Below are positions 24,467 through 36,245 of a DNA stretch of 64,000 nucleotides, piece after piece. The stretch is taken from NCBI GenBank assembly GCA_965285935.1, contig OZ260664.1, positions 71,920,001 through 71,984,000 of the forward strand. The letters are read 5' to 3'. The notes below the pieces were generated by a model. That model had not been told where the DNA came from and made no database searches. It saw only the letters and a list, made by a program, of their open reading frames with translations. The translations under genes were made by a program, and so were the position numbers. This DNA is from Ophelia neglecta (Eukaryota). Position 1 is the first letter of the stretch. Every line of letters starts with the position of its first letter.

Positions 24467-25209
24467 AAGAAAGTGTCAAGATCAAATTTGCGCGTTGGAG
24501 CCTTTACATGAGTTCTATTAGTGATTTCTTGGGCACACTAACATATTATGTACAGGTATCCTGTCATATTATTCAGTTTATCACAACTATACTGATCCAG
24601 TGAGAGTGGGGAGGTGCCTAATTGCCATTGCCTAATGCTAAGGTCCCCTGACTGTTCAGAGCCAATGACACGGTTAACCATCTCAAGCCACCTGAATTCT
24701 TTATCTGCAGACAGTATCTGGCTTTTTTCATTCAACAACTCATCCGGAACATTCATGCTTTGCGGCACAGGTGGTTTGTTGCTGGGAAAACTCACAAATG
24801 GTACTTCTGTATATGAAGCAGGGAGTTTTGGCATTTTTTTGACATGTTCCAATAATACAACACCGTGTCTCTCAACTCCTTTGCTAGTGGCAGTTGGTTG
24901 TTGAAACATTGATATCCCTGTTCCATGAAAGGAGGAGCGTGCTGTGGTAGATGACGGATTATGGTCAATGTTGTCAACTGCACTGACTGTGAACAGTCCA
25001 GACCGCAGCTGCGGAGGACAAACTATTCCTTCAGTCTCGAACCTCTGACATCCAACTGAATGCATCTAGCGAAGGCTTGCCTGAAAGTTTCATATCCTTG
25101 GCCAGGCCTAAATTTGGACGTTGCAGGACATAACAGTTTCTCTTTCGTCACAACCTGACACAAAGCGCATTTTTTTTATTACGGCACTTAGGCTGTGTGA
25201 TGGTGCCAT
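23123..25209 (-). mobile_element. Academ (AcademX-type) DNA transposon remnant, internally deleted
   Basis: Three collinear blocks: N-terminal MAPSHSLSAV/KKCALCQVVTKEKLLCP...GQGYET (25209-~25050, frameshift in an A-run); CQRFETEGIVCPP...AVDNIDHNPSSTTARSSFHGTGISMFQ...E.RWL (~25050-24634); TRKFDLDTF/VNENHPFPPSLS.DGSLRSGKKSDL through XPG/PIN-like motifs (VVFD, EEADTR, DTDV, GCDTVS, IPPT) to a C-terminal Cys-rich finger (24495-23123). Family assigned by recall of these motifs. TIRs not located. Confidence 0.8.
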
Positions 25210-27059
25210 AATCTCCAAGGTAGCATTACTTCGGGCGTGAAGAAGCTTTACAAGTGTGCGCTTGTAGGTGCGACTACGAGTGTTACTACTTGCAATTCCA
25301 CTGTCCCTTCTGTCAGTAGTATTCTGTAGAGCGTAACCTAAGTTCTTTCATGTCGCCTACATTCGAGAAGGGGGGGGTGGGGGGGGGCACATGTTGGGGA
25401 AAATGTGTTCTTTGTCCGAAGAAATAAGGGCCACACCCTTAGATAAGTGAGGGAGGGGGGGGGGGGACTACTTTCAAACTTTTACTATTATCAATTGGGA
25501 AAGACCTGAAAGTATGGAAAATTGCCAGAATATGTTACCCTGTTCACTGCAATACATAGATGCTGACAAAATGAAACACTTTGACAATGGATTAGCCGAG
25601 ACACTTTGTTTCAAACATCAAATTACCATGCTCTGTATGAATGTGTAACAACTTAACATAATTATGATCGGCATCATCCATAGTGATATATTATATTATA
25701 CTAAAATCTCTCAGGTTGGCAATAACTTTGGCACAATCAAACTTGGTTTCCCAAAGAAGTTTGGAAACAAGAAAAGCCGAGAGATTACGCTTCATAGAAA
25801 TCTTCCATCCCCTCCCCATCCCCCTCCCCCCTGGCCTCCCCCCTCCCCGCCCGCAACCTTTCACAAAAGCTCGGGAGCCCTTTTTTATTTCAGATATTGA
25901 CCGAAAGAAAAACCAGCAACAATTTACATTTTTCAATTTTTCGGAACTGGTATGATCGTCTTACACAGCCATTTTGTTCACATGTATATGAAAATCCCTC
26001 GTTCAAAAATAATTTTAATAGACATAACGCCTTATTTAACCACTAAAATACTAAACTGCAATGTTGTCAATTAAACTTAACACGTTTTTCTCTCGTGTAT
26101 AAAACGTGTAGCCAACTATTTGTTTGATTTTAACACTGTTGATAGTTTATTGTCATTTGAACTGATTCGGTCTCTTCAATACCAGTACTCCCCCTGCAGT
26201 TACTTAATCAACTACACATGAATATTACTTGTAAGACTGGTACTGTTTGTATGCATCAGCAAGTCGGCCATATGCCCTCCAAATTTAATGCAACATACAT
26301 ATGAAACAGGCATTTGAATTAATATCACTTTTAAGGCAAAATAGACATGCGCTATCTTTAGTGCGCCTCCATGGCCTGAAGGAAAGTAGTTGTCTCAAGA
26401 TTTATATGTTCTGTAAATATTTTGACGGAAAACTCTCCATAACTAGTATTTGTTTTATAATAAGCATTGTGAGTATGAATAACTGAGACTGTAAAACTGT
26501 TTTTTATGCATGTCACTGTTATTCATATAAGTCATCTTTTATAAAGAGGTTAACCAAGTAGACCCGGGTGTCATTTCAATCTTATCAATTATGCTCTACA
26601 GTTCGTCTGAGTGTGTCCTTGTTTACATGATAAATTTAGATAAATACCATGATCTTAAGCATATGGATGCATGTGGTATGAATCGGTTGGGTGGGTTGGT
26701 GGGTGGGGGTAGGGGGTTGGGGTATTCTATTCGAATGTCATCCAGACCATATATCGAGGAACACTTGATATAGCATGGAATAGCTAGGCATGGAAGTGTG
26801 CTTTCTTTTAGACATAAATTTGATTGCTATGAATCAATTGACATTTAGATTTTTTGATACGGGCTTTTCTGGTACGGCCCTTGCTGATATGCATGTACGG
26901 ATAAAAATACGATAACAACTCTGTTTTTATCTCTTCTCAAGACTAAAACGCTTGCCACAAAGCGCATGATTAATATGATGACATCACATTTAAGTATAAG
27001 TATCAATTCCATTACGCCTTCCTCACTCGATGCCCCCCCCCCCCCCCCTCCCTCATGAC

Positions 27060-27300
27060 CAGTGTGTTTTGCCACGCTCGGCCATGCACCGAGAACGATG
27101 TGCGCCGGAGTCCCGCTGAATCCCCGTACTGTCAGAAAGCGTCAGATGGTTGTGGACATCCTTGTGGACAGTCACGGCTGCAGAGAGAAGCTCCGAGAAG
27201 TCATATCAAGCGAATCGCTGGATTGAAGGAGTAATAAAGTCTTAGGTATTCTGGACAAGTATTCACGGTACTAAAAATGGCGATACACGGAACTCACACT
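27060..27300 (+). promoter_or_regulatory. Putative distal promoter / 5' UTR start of the large plus-strand gene
   Basis: Locally CpG-rich, YY1-like AAAATGGCG at 27274-27282, just upstream of the switch to CpG depletion and of the first coding exon. Confidence 0.45.
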
Positions 27301-27869
27301 GCACTGGTACATAGGCCTGTAACAGCATTTTAAGCTGATGCACTCTTAGCATTTTGCCGCTGTGGGCGACACTTCAGCAATTTGATCAAAGCAACCAGTT
27401 GACAGTCTGCATTGGGCTGCGGTGGGATACTGAAGGGTTGACTTCCTGATGGCTACTTGGATCACTATTCAACTGGCTGAGTGTCATTTGCATAATCTGT
27501 AACAAGTTTCGGATAAAGTCTGGTATACAAGGATGACTATTGTGAATTCATTGGATGGAAACGTTTGTATTTGGGTAAGTGAGTTCATTGCCCATGTTGA
27601 CACTAGTGTTCTTATGGTTTTGTTAAATGTTATAGATATAAGTGAAAAACGTTGCTTGCTTGAATTGTCAACAGCTGGTGTCAACAAGCTTGGAACAACA
27701 ACACTGCTCGAAGTCAATCTGCTGGTTTTTTTAATTAGCGGGAAAATGTAACCATATTTAGGTCTATATAGGCATATTGTTAAGACCTGACTTAGGACAT
27801 TATTGGCTCAAATCAAACGGGATACGAGCATATCTGAGAGGTCGGGGATGCTGTCGAGCGGTGCCAGTA

Positions 27870-28443
27870 ATGTTGTGCTCTTTGTGTACCAGTTCAAAAA
27901 GATCATCAACAGAACAGACCATGATTCCATCAGGAGGGTGTTACCCCCGCAAATCTAGGCTTCCTCCCCGAGGCTTTGGTCCAAAACGGTTGAGACCTAG
28001 ACGGAAGGGCTTGGGGTGTGTGTACCCTGATGACCGGTCTGTGGTGAGCCTCTGGTGGGACAATGAGGGCGAGACTCTCACCGCCATTCCAGAACTACCT
28101 GAAGATGTTTCCACATCGGACAGCCCCAGATCTGCTCCCTCAGTCACAAGCAGACAAAATACCCCTGACATTTGTAAACAACTTGGTATCGGTGATATTC
28201 CATTTATCGATGGTTCAGAACATTCTAGTCCTAGTGTTGTGCAGGTAGTATTGCCTCAGACTAAGACCAAACAGCCTAAAAGACATTTACAGAAATGCAC
28301 CCCTACTGCCAAATTATCTGAAAAATTCAACGATATCAAACTAAGTCATGTTTTTGAAGACAGTATTTTGCCATTGGATTTACCTGACCAGGACAAATAC
28401 CCAGAAATCACCTCAGAGGATCTGTACACAGGCCATGCGGATG
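27870..28443 (+). CDS. Alternative first coding exon A (~191 aa, disordered) of a large unidentified gene
   Basis: ATG 27870 (MLCSLCTSSKRSS...), or 27921, open to the donor GAT G|GTAAGT (phase 1). Ser/Pro-rich; contains LTAIPE (LxxIxE) and IPFID. Confidence 0.7.
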
Positions 28444-31400
28444 GTAAGTACATACTATGAATATTTTATTGGTTACCTCTAATTTGATTAGTTTATGTTC
28501 AACTCATCACAAGACTGATGGTCCCCAGACCTCAGCCTCATGAAGCCAGGTTTTTATGACAGCAGACACACTTACACATGTACAACACATGCTCAAAACG
28601 AAGACTGATGATAGTTAGTCATTATTAGTATTTTTCTTCTAGCTTATTTAGAAGTTTATGTGTAATGTCACACTTTATGAAAATATACTTCAATGCTAGT
28701 CAGTGCTAATGCTTCAAATCCTGTCCTCTATATGGCTTTCATCCTTTCCTTAATTCAAGTGTCTATGGTTTCTCTTCACTTGGCACTTCAAGATTACTTT
28801 ATTCCTGAAAATATGACTTTATGATGTGGATAGCCCTGCAATAATACTGTTGGATGTCTTTGGTGTGCACTTTATCATGTTAATCTAGACATGGACGACC
28901 CTCTGTAGCCCTACATATTTGTTTACATGTATAAATGGTGTCCCAGACTTGTTCAGATAAGGTCACATGCTTGTAACCTGACCACTAAACCTTGATTATA
29001 GGTTGTAAACCTACTTATATCAGCTAAGTAGTATTATATTTATATATGTGTTCTTTGAAAGCAACATTTCCCTGATTTATATATTTCAATTGTCTAGTAT
29101 TAATTTGTTTTAGATCAAATGAATTATTACACTTATAAGTGCTTAATTAGATATAAAGAATTGATATTTTGCATGCTTAGATTTTCGGTGTGAGTACACT
29201 GACCATGTTGTTATTTACATGATAAGAGGCTATTTATTTGAGGGAGACATCTCTGTAGGACAGCCTGGTCCTGATGTAAAATGATCTGGTCTGGTCAATC
29301 TGTACCAGACAGATTGTAAATGGAGCAGGATCATATCTGTTAACTTAGGATCAACTCTAAACACGTATCAAGTTCTAACAGATAATTATGCCAGCACAAA
29401 TTTTACCTATAAATAATTATCTAACTAGAATCTTTAATAACTAGTCCTTGATTAATTATGCAAACATTAAACAGCAGAATTTTCATTAAACTGAATATGT
29501 TTAGAGGTGGGCCACATTGTATAATAGTTATTCATACACATACAGTACATGTTCCATTATGATAGCCGGCTGGTGTTGTCATATTTGAACTTAAGTACAT
29601 ATATATGTATGAAACAGTGCTGACTTATTTTAGCATCACAACTCTATAGAATAATCAAATTTGCATTTGTCATGTTATCTGAACAGGTGATTTATTAAAT
29701 AATGAAACCACTCCTATCCACTTTCCATTCAAGGCAAGAATGATAGTTTCATCTTACAGTAAGGTGGGCTATATTTGACTCACACATGTACTTGTAGCCT
29801 GTTTTTAAGGCCATCCAAAAGTAGACAGATGACAGGTTTAGCATGGATTATCTCCAAACATGTGAACACAATAACTATCAAGTGGTCCAGCGATCAGCTG
29901 TGAAGGACCCATGTATGTGAAGTTCTGCTAAGTTTATATAAGTATAAGGCTTAATTGGTCAAGAAATTTGATTAATATATATGTTAACTTTCAAACTGGA
30001 TGCTGTTTCTTGTGTAGAGTAGGCTTTAAGTGCCTTTAAGGTTAAAGAGTACGTGTTCTTGTGTGTTTTACCCCCTGAACAAGAAGAAGTGATGGTTATG
30101 TAAATATTATTGTTGCCTGATTGGTTCAGTATCTAGTTTCTTTGATAAGAAATGCAGTATTTTAAATTTCATTGTTAAAGAGATAACAGAGTGTATTTAA
30201 GAAGGAAAGCTAAGCTCATGTCAGATTCAGGGAATTTCTATTTTTGTTTCTTAAAGTCTATAGTAAAAACTCTTTATTGAAATTTGATCTGGTACATGTT
30301 GATTTAGTTGTACCAATAAAGTCAAGTATTTGTCACATACTCAATGGTGGAACTGTGGTTGAACCCTCACAATGAAGGAATTCAGATTTTTTGAAAACAC
30401 AAAGAGCATTACAATTCAATGTCTGCCCCTATCTCATTTGAATCCCCTCCTATGGGACCTCCTAGATGTGTGAGCCTCCCCACCTGTATGGGGCCTCCAG
30501 TCCCCCCTAGCAGGAGGATGTACAGCTAATTAGATACATGGAGTGTGCTGGAGATAATGAGGGGTTTGATGACATCTGGGAAGATTGATAAATGTTTAAT
30601 GGTCAACCCTGTCAACCCAGTAAAACAACTGACCCTATCATGGGTATCTGTGGAATATTATAAAAGACCAGTCCAGTACGAGTTTAAAAAATAACCACTT
30701 TTATAAAACTGGTTAATATGCTATCCCTTAGCATGAAGTTGCTTCATCTTCTATAAGCATTAAAGAAAACCTGCTTAACATGTCTATTATTTTTTTGAAA
30801 TCATTTTAGTTAAACATGTTAAAATTCTCCCCATTTACCTGTATACTATATTAGTAGTGTAGTCATTAAACTTTATTTCTTTGTGAGCCCACCTTGCAAC
30901 ACCAAATGAGAATGAGTCACAGCATATTGTAGATTAATATAAATGTAAATACTCTGCCTTTTGGAGACTTTCTTATCAATTAATTTATGCTGATCCGCAT
31001 TTTAAAGACAAGCAAAACCAAGTAGATTATTTGATATACATGTACAGATATTAGATGTATAATTTTGTTATGTGGCCTCTGTAGTCAGTCAGTAACCAGT
31101 GTTTTTAACACACAATCCTTATATACCTCAGGTGTTCTGATGTTTTCTGTGTCCACTTGTAAAGGTATAAACTGATCATAACAACATTCACTCTATAAAG
31201 TACATACTGTACAACTCTCAGCTTGAAAGCTGAAACTGAATATCAATAAATTCTTATACAGTGTATTTTCTGTTAGCTGTACAAGTATATATAAGTATTT
31301 TAGAGGAATGTGTATGTATACATGTACAGTATATATGTATACTTCATTTCTACAGGCAGGTAAATTAATTGCTGGAGTAGCTACAGTATAATAGGCATAC

Positions 31401-32948
31401 ATGCATCTTTTTTATCATCAATTATTTCTGTGTAATTAAGTTCTGATACCTAATTACAGATTAACCAAGTCCTTTGTCAGAAAATTTGGTCATAAATCTC
31501 ATAAACTTCTCAACCATACATGTGTGAAAATACGAAGCAATTTAAGTGTTCAAATACATTTATACCAGCATGTATTTAAACATGTGGTTAAACATTCTAA
31601 ATGTGTAATGTTAGTGGTGTATCTCCTGACAAAGAGACATTCACCTAGACATCAGAAGGAGAGAGGCTGATTCATGAGACCTAACTATCACAGGTGTGCC
31701 TATAACACCCATTGTTAATATTGGTTAAACATGCCAAATGTGGGTCTGGGTTAAAGGAGTCCCAGTGGTGCTTTGGAGGATTGAGTTTTAACAGCCCAGG
31801 GTACCAGCTTACCCTCAGGGTGGCTTAAATGGGGGTAATTAGATAGGAGGAAGGGGTCAGGCTAAAATGACCAGAGGTCATTGATTGGATGGGGTGACTT
31901 GGTATCTATTGTTGATCATTTTCAATTTACTCCTCGATTTACTTGGCCCTGTAATCAATTTTAAAACATTTATTATTGTATGTACCTGTACATGTTACAG
32001 TAAAACCAAAATATCATGCATGTTTTAAATATTTTATTATGGAATGATTAAAGTAAATGTTTCTCTGTTTCCCTGTTGAGTGTTATTCAATCCAGATCTC
32101 CTCCCTAAGGTCATACCCTACCACTCCCTCTAGGAGGGTGGTCTGCTTAGCCAACTGTTGTGTCCACTTCATGGTCAGTACACTGGCCAGCTTTAGCATT
32201 AGATGTCTCCTACTGCCACACAATACCAGGAATTGAGTGGTCATTCTAGGAACAGCGAGCCCACTCAGGCATGAAATCAGAAACAAATTCAGTCAACAGT
32301 TTCTTTATAACTTTCCCAGTGACATTTGTTGCCATTGTGATTTGAAATAATTGGAAGTGGGTATTAAAATGACTGAAGGTGTCAAAGAAAAAACTACCCA
32401 AAATTCAAATTTGTACTTCCATTGTTTAGAACTTTAGCTGAACAGCACAGCATGGTATCACAGGTTTTAGGGTCGACTGTTTCTAAAGGCTATGAAAAGT
32501 TGCCCTAGGAGATAAACTACAATAAATGCTAGTTACACACACTCAAGAGATGTTTAAACCATGTTCAAATGTGTTAGAATGAGTTGTGGGGTGTCATTAT
32601 GCCATTGAAATTCTTATCTGAGCTTGTCGTATTTGCTCATATTCATTTTTTATAAATATGCATGTAGGCCAGAATGGCCATTTTCACATTTTGTTTTTGC
32701 AACAATAAATACCAAGTCCATTTATTTCCGAGAAGTGTGCCAGCCACGTTCGGTGGACCAGGTGTGAATCAGTGGCGTGCGACAGGATTAGCAAGGTGCG
32801 CTGAACCATAAAAGTCAGTAGACAGCCCGCAGGTGGTGAAAAAAGACAATAGCTAGAACAAATTATAACTGTGAATCCTTTTATGGTAGAATTATAGAGT
32901 TAATGCAGGGGGCACATTTTTTGCCGTTGGAAATGGTTCTACCAGTAA

Positions 32949-32993
32949 AGGGGTAATTGGGGGATTAAGGGGTCGCAAAGGGTAAAGAGGGGT
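32949..32993 (+). other. Potential G-quadruplex
   Basis: GGGG-TAATT-GGGGG-ATTAA-GGGG-TCGCAAA-GGG-TAAAGA-GGGG: five G-tracts with loops of 7 nt or less. Confidence 0.5.
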
Positions 32994-34664
32994 TAAAATA
33001 GGAGAAATTCAACAGATGGTGTCATGGTGGGCAGGTAACTGATCACTTGCTTGTAAGCTGGAACACAGGGCTTTGTTGATGGTGATCAAATTCAAATTTA
33101 ACACAAGACAAAGTGGGCAGGTCATGAAATCGTTGTTATGTGTGGGGCCTGTTTGATAACATGCAGAGATAATGGTTTCAAATATCTACTAGTACCTTTA
33201 CAAGTGTATATTGCGTAGGTTTGAATTTATGTTATTTAATAAATTAAATATGTATGTTTTAGTATAATTCAATTATTTTGTGTCATTCATTTAGTTGAAA
33301 TTTTACATAGCTGCTGCGAGAAATAATCTATCAAACTCATTTTAAATTGTTAGCATGATGAATTTAAAACAAGTTGACACAGACTGCTGTGTGGACATTT
33401 TTCTTTGTTGTCTGATCGAATTGGCATTGAATGCCCAAATTATCATTTTTATTTTACAAGTAGGCGGAAAGAGGGACAGTTTTACATAGTTTTCACCTTA
33501 ACCAGGAAGGCTATCTGTAAATGAAAACACATGTACCAAAGCTAAGCCAAGAACACAGTTTTACCAAGTGAACCAATCCTGGCCTTATACAAATTGTAAT
33601 TTATCGCTTTCCTAATTTTTCCAATATTTGTATTAGGTAGTATGGTTTGTGCCAATAGAGTGAGTAATCTAAAAATGGGCTTGCAGACTATATTATAAGG
33701 GCTGTATGGTCCTTGGCAATCTCTAGAGACTTCCAAGTTTCCTTGGCTTCTCCGAGCCTCTCTGCATGTCTCCCAAGAGCCACTGGTATAATACAATTAT
33801 AAGACAATGAGGCCCAGGGGGTGGAGGTCAGGCCGCTAGGCTCTTCGGATTTAGTTGGGGGTCAGGGAGTCAAAACCCCTTCCATTTTTTCTGTGTCCAA
33901 GTTGTGTGTCAAGAGCTTGCAAAGGTATTAAATAAGCAAAATTCTGTTTTAGTTAAATTTGTTTAGGTAAATATTTAACCCATCTAGTGGCTGAGTAGAC
34001 TCTATCCGCAGCGTATTGGTGATGACTGGCCATCCTTTTTGCTGGGGACCTTACCGGAGGTTCTGTACACTGTGGATCCACCCCATCTATTGGCTCTGTA
34101 GAATGTGTTACACCTACATGGGATGAAGATTGCTTCAGACAGAGGTAGATGATCTCAGACATGTTCATGAAAGCCAACATGGCGCTCCTTCAAGACGAAA
34201 AATGTATCATATATATATTATAAACATGACATCCCAGCTATGTGACCCAGTCTGCCCTGCCACGGGATATTGGTGTACCCCAGGGCACCGAAGAAAATCA
34301 ATTATGGTAAGCCCTGGGGCATGTCATAATTAATTTTTTTTTGCTCTGCACATACAGGGTTGCCATGACAACACCAAAAATTGATATATTTGGTTGAAAA
34401 ACCTGTGGGAACCAGGGGCTTTGCATACTTATATGATTGTCTGACTTCTGTGATAGCTTGGCCACTTTGATCTTATTTAGAGAACAATCTGATTATATTT
34501 CACCTGATGTCAAAATATGAATATGCTGTTATAAGTGTAATGTTTATTTATTTTGTGAGGTGGTTATTATTAATGGCATGAGAGATAGTCAACAACATCT
34601 TGTAGTGTTATTTTGCGGATAATGTTTATATTTTTGGATACAATATATGTCGTTATGCATAGGT

Positions 34665-34938
34665 TGTTGTTTTTGGTTTTTTACGTGGCTTTCAACACTT
34701 ATCTGTCATATCGCCACAGTGCCTACTTGTGACAGTGGGCTCAATGCCCTCTTTAGAGTGCTGCCTCACTGGAGTACCTGCCGTAGAGACAGACCTGCCA
34801 GACAGGGAACCCCACCCAGGCACATTATACTGACACCGGGTTGACCAGTCCTGATATTACCCCCGAAATGCTTGGCGCCTCGCAGGGGAGCTATCAGTAC
34901 CTATTTTTACGTCTTAGGTTTGACGCGATCGAGCCTAA
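34665..34938 (-). mobile_element. 5'-truncated tRNA-derived SINE with Meta/MESC-like core
   Basis: Minus strand core GGACTGGTCAACCCGGTGTCAGTATAATGTGCCTGGGTGGGG and 3' end GTTGAAAGCCACGTAAAAAACCAAAAAACAACAA. Flanked by GTT(A/C)TGCATAGGT at 34652-34664 and 34939-34951 (13-bp TSD, 1 mismatch). Retains CpGs in a depleted region. Core family assigned by recall. Confidence 0.8.
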
Positions 34939-36160
34939 GTTCTGCATAGGTAATATGTTTTGATACAACAGGTATTAGTAAGCATTAGACAATGTTACAT
35001 TCCACACTACTGTATCAGATACTGGGACCTAGCTGTGGGAGTATGCAATCTGAGTGATTAAGTGTTAGACAAGAGGCAAATCATTTATTATTTGGTAGAT
35101 ACAAATAAATTTGATATAACCCAAAATAAAAAGGCACCAGAAAACATCTTTAAATGAACAAACAAGATGTGTGCATATGTTGGTGCATAAAAAGTTTAGT
35201 TATGTCAAAATAATAAAAAGAACTACGGTACATACACTTTATGATTGCTGCAGTATGGACATCAAATTAGATTAAGTTATTAATTGTATTATGATAAAGA
35301 ACAATTGCATCAAATCTATCAATGATTAATTTTCATTTGAATAAATATTAATTTTAGAAAGTAGACTTCCTTGAACAGATTAGTTTTTGGGTTTGTGATG
35401 GTACTATTACAGGACTCATTCTGTCTCAGATCCACATGGAAAGCATTACAAAGCCCAAGCCCATTGCCTCTACATGGCCAGTCATGTTCACCCATACATC
35501 TTGAGCCATGTCCATGGGCATGTTGAAATGACCAGTCGACTGTGTCAGAGGGCACTTGTCCACAGGCTGCAAGTGTTTGTTTTTGTCACTTGCCGACTCG
35601 TGCACATTCCACATTTGGCAAAGATGTTGATTTTTCTTCTCCTTTTTTATTTATCATTGTGTACTGTCTTTTGCATTTTTTTCTTCTCATTCATAGCATC
35701 ACCATTTTATGTTACCATGGTATTGTCTTTTTTGTACTGTTTGTATCAGACATGTGTTTTTTTATGTCTTTGTATATTTGTCTAGTATATATGCCTCTAT
35801 TACAGAAAAATACCCATGAAGAGAGTCATTGAAAACATTCCCACATTGATTTTATCAAGATACATAGTCATATCTTTACCTATACATGTACATGTATCTA
35901 CTGTACATTGTATAAGACGGAGCAGGTGATAATATATTTGACAAATGTGTGGTAATATGTTTGGTTATAAATTTGTCAGTTATTTACAAATAAGTTCTAC
36001 TGGGTGGGCCTGCAAAACAGTTTTACAAGTCTTTTTAAATCTACAGCTAATGTAATCTAGGATTCTCAGATGCATATATGGCTATATAGAACTACACCAA
36101 GAAAGAATCCCTAAAGCAAAGCTTTTAAGCTTGGAACCTATGTGGCACAGTGCTATGGAG

Positions 36161-36245
36161 AGGCTGCTGAGCCTGTGAGGCTGCTGAGCCTGTGTAGCTG
36201 CTGAGCCTGTGAGGCCGCTGAGCCTGTGAGGCCAATGAGCCTGCT
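36161..36245. repeat. Minisatellite, 17-bp unit x5
   Basis: AGGCTGCTGAGCCTGTG repeated with a few substitutions. Confidence 0.95.

Noticed and set aside
23390-24983. Several short overlapping ORFs across the Academ region
   Set aside because: Antisense or off-frame by-products of the transposon ORF.
22350-25700. Terminal inverted repeats of the Academ element (TAGCATGGTTAA at ~22352 versus TTACCATGCT at ~25623)
   Set aside because: Only ~10 bp of imperfect complementarity and no TSD; element ends left undefined.
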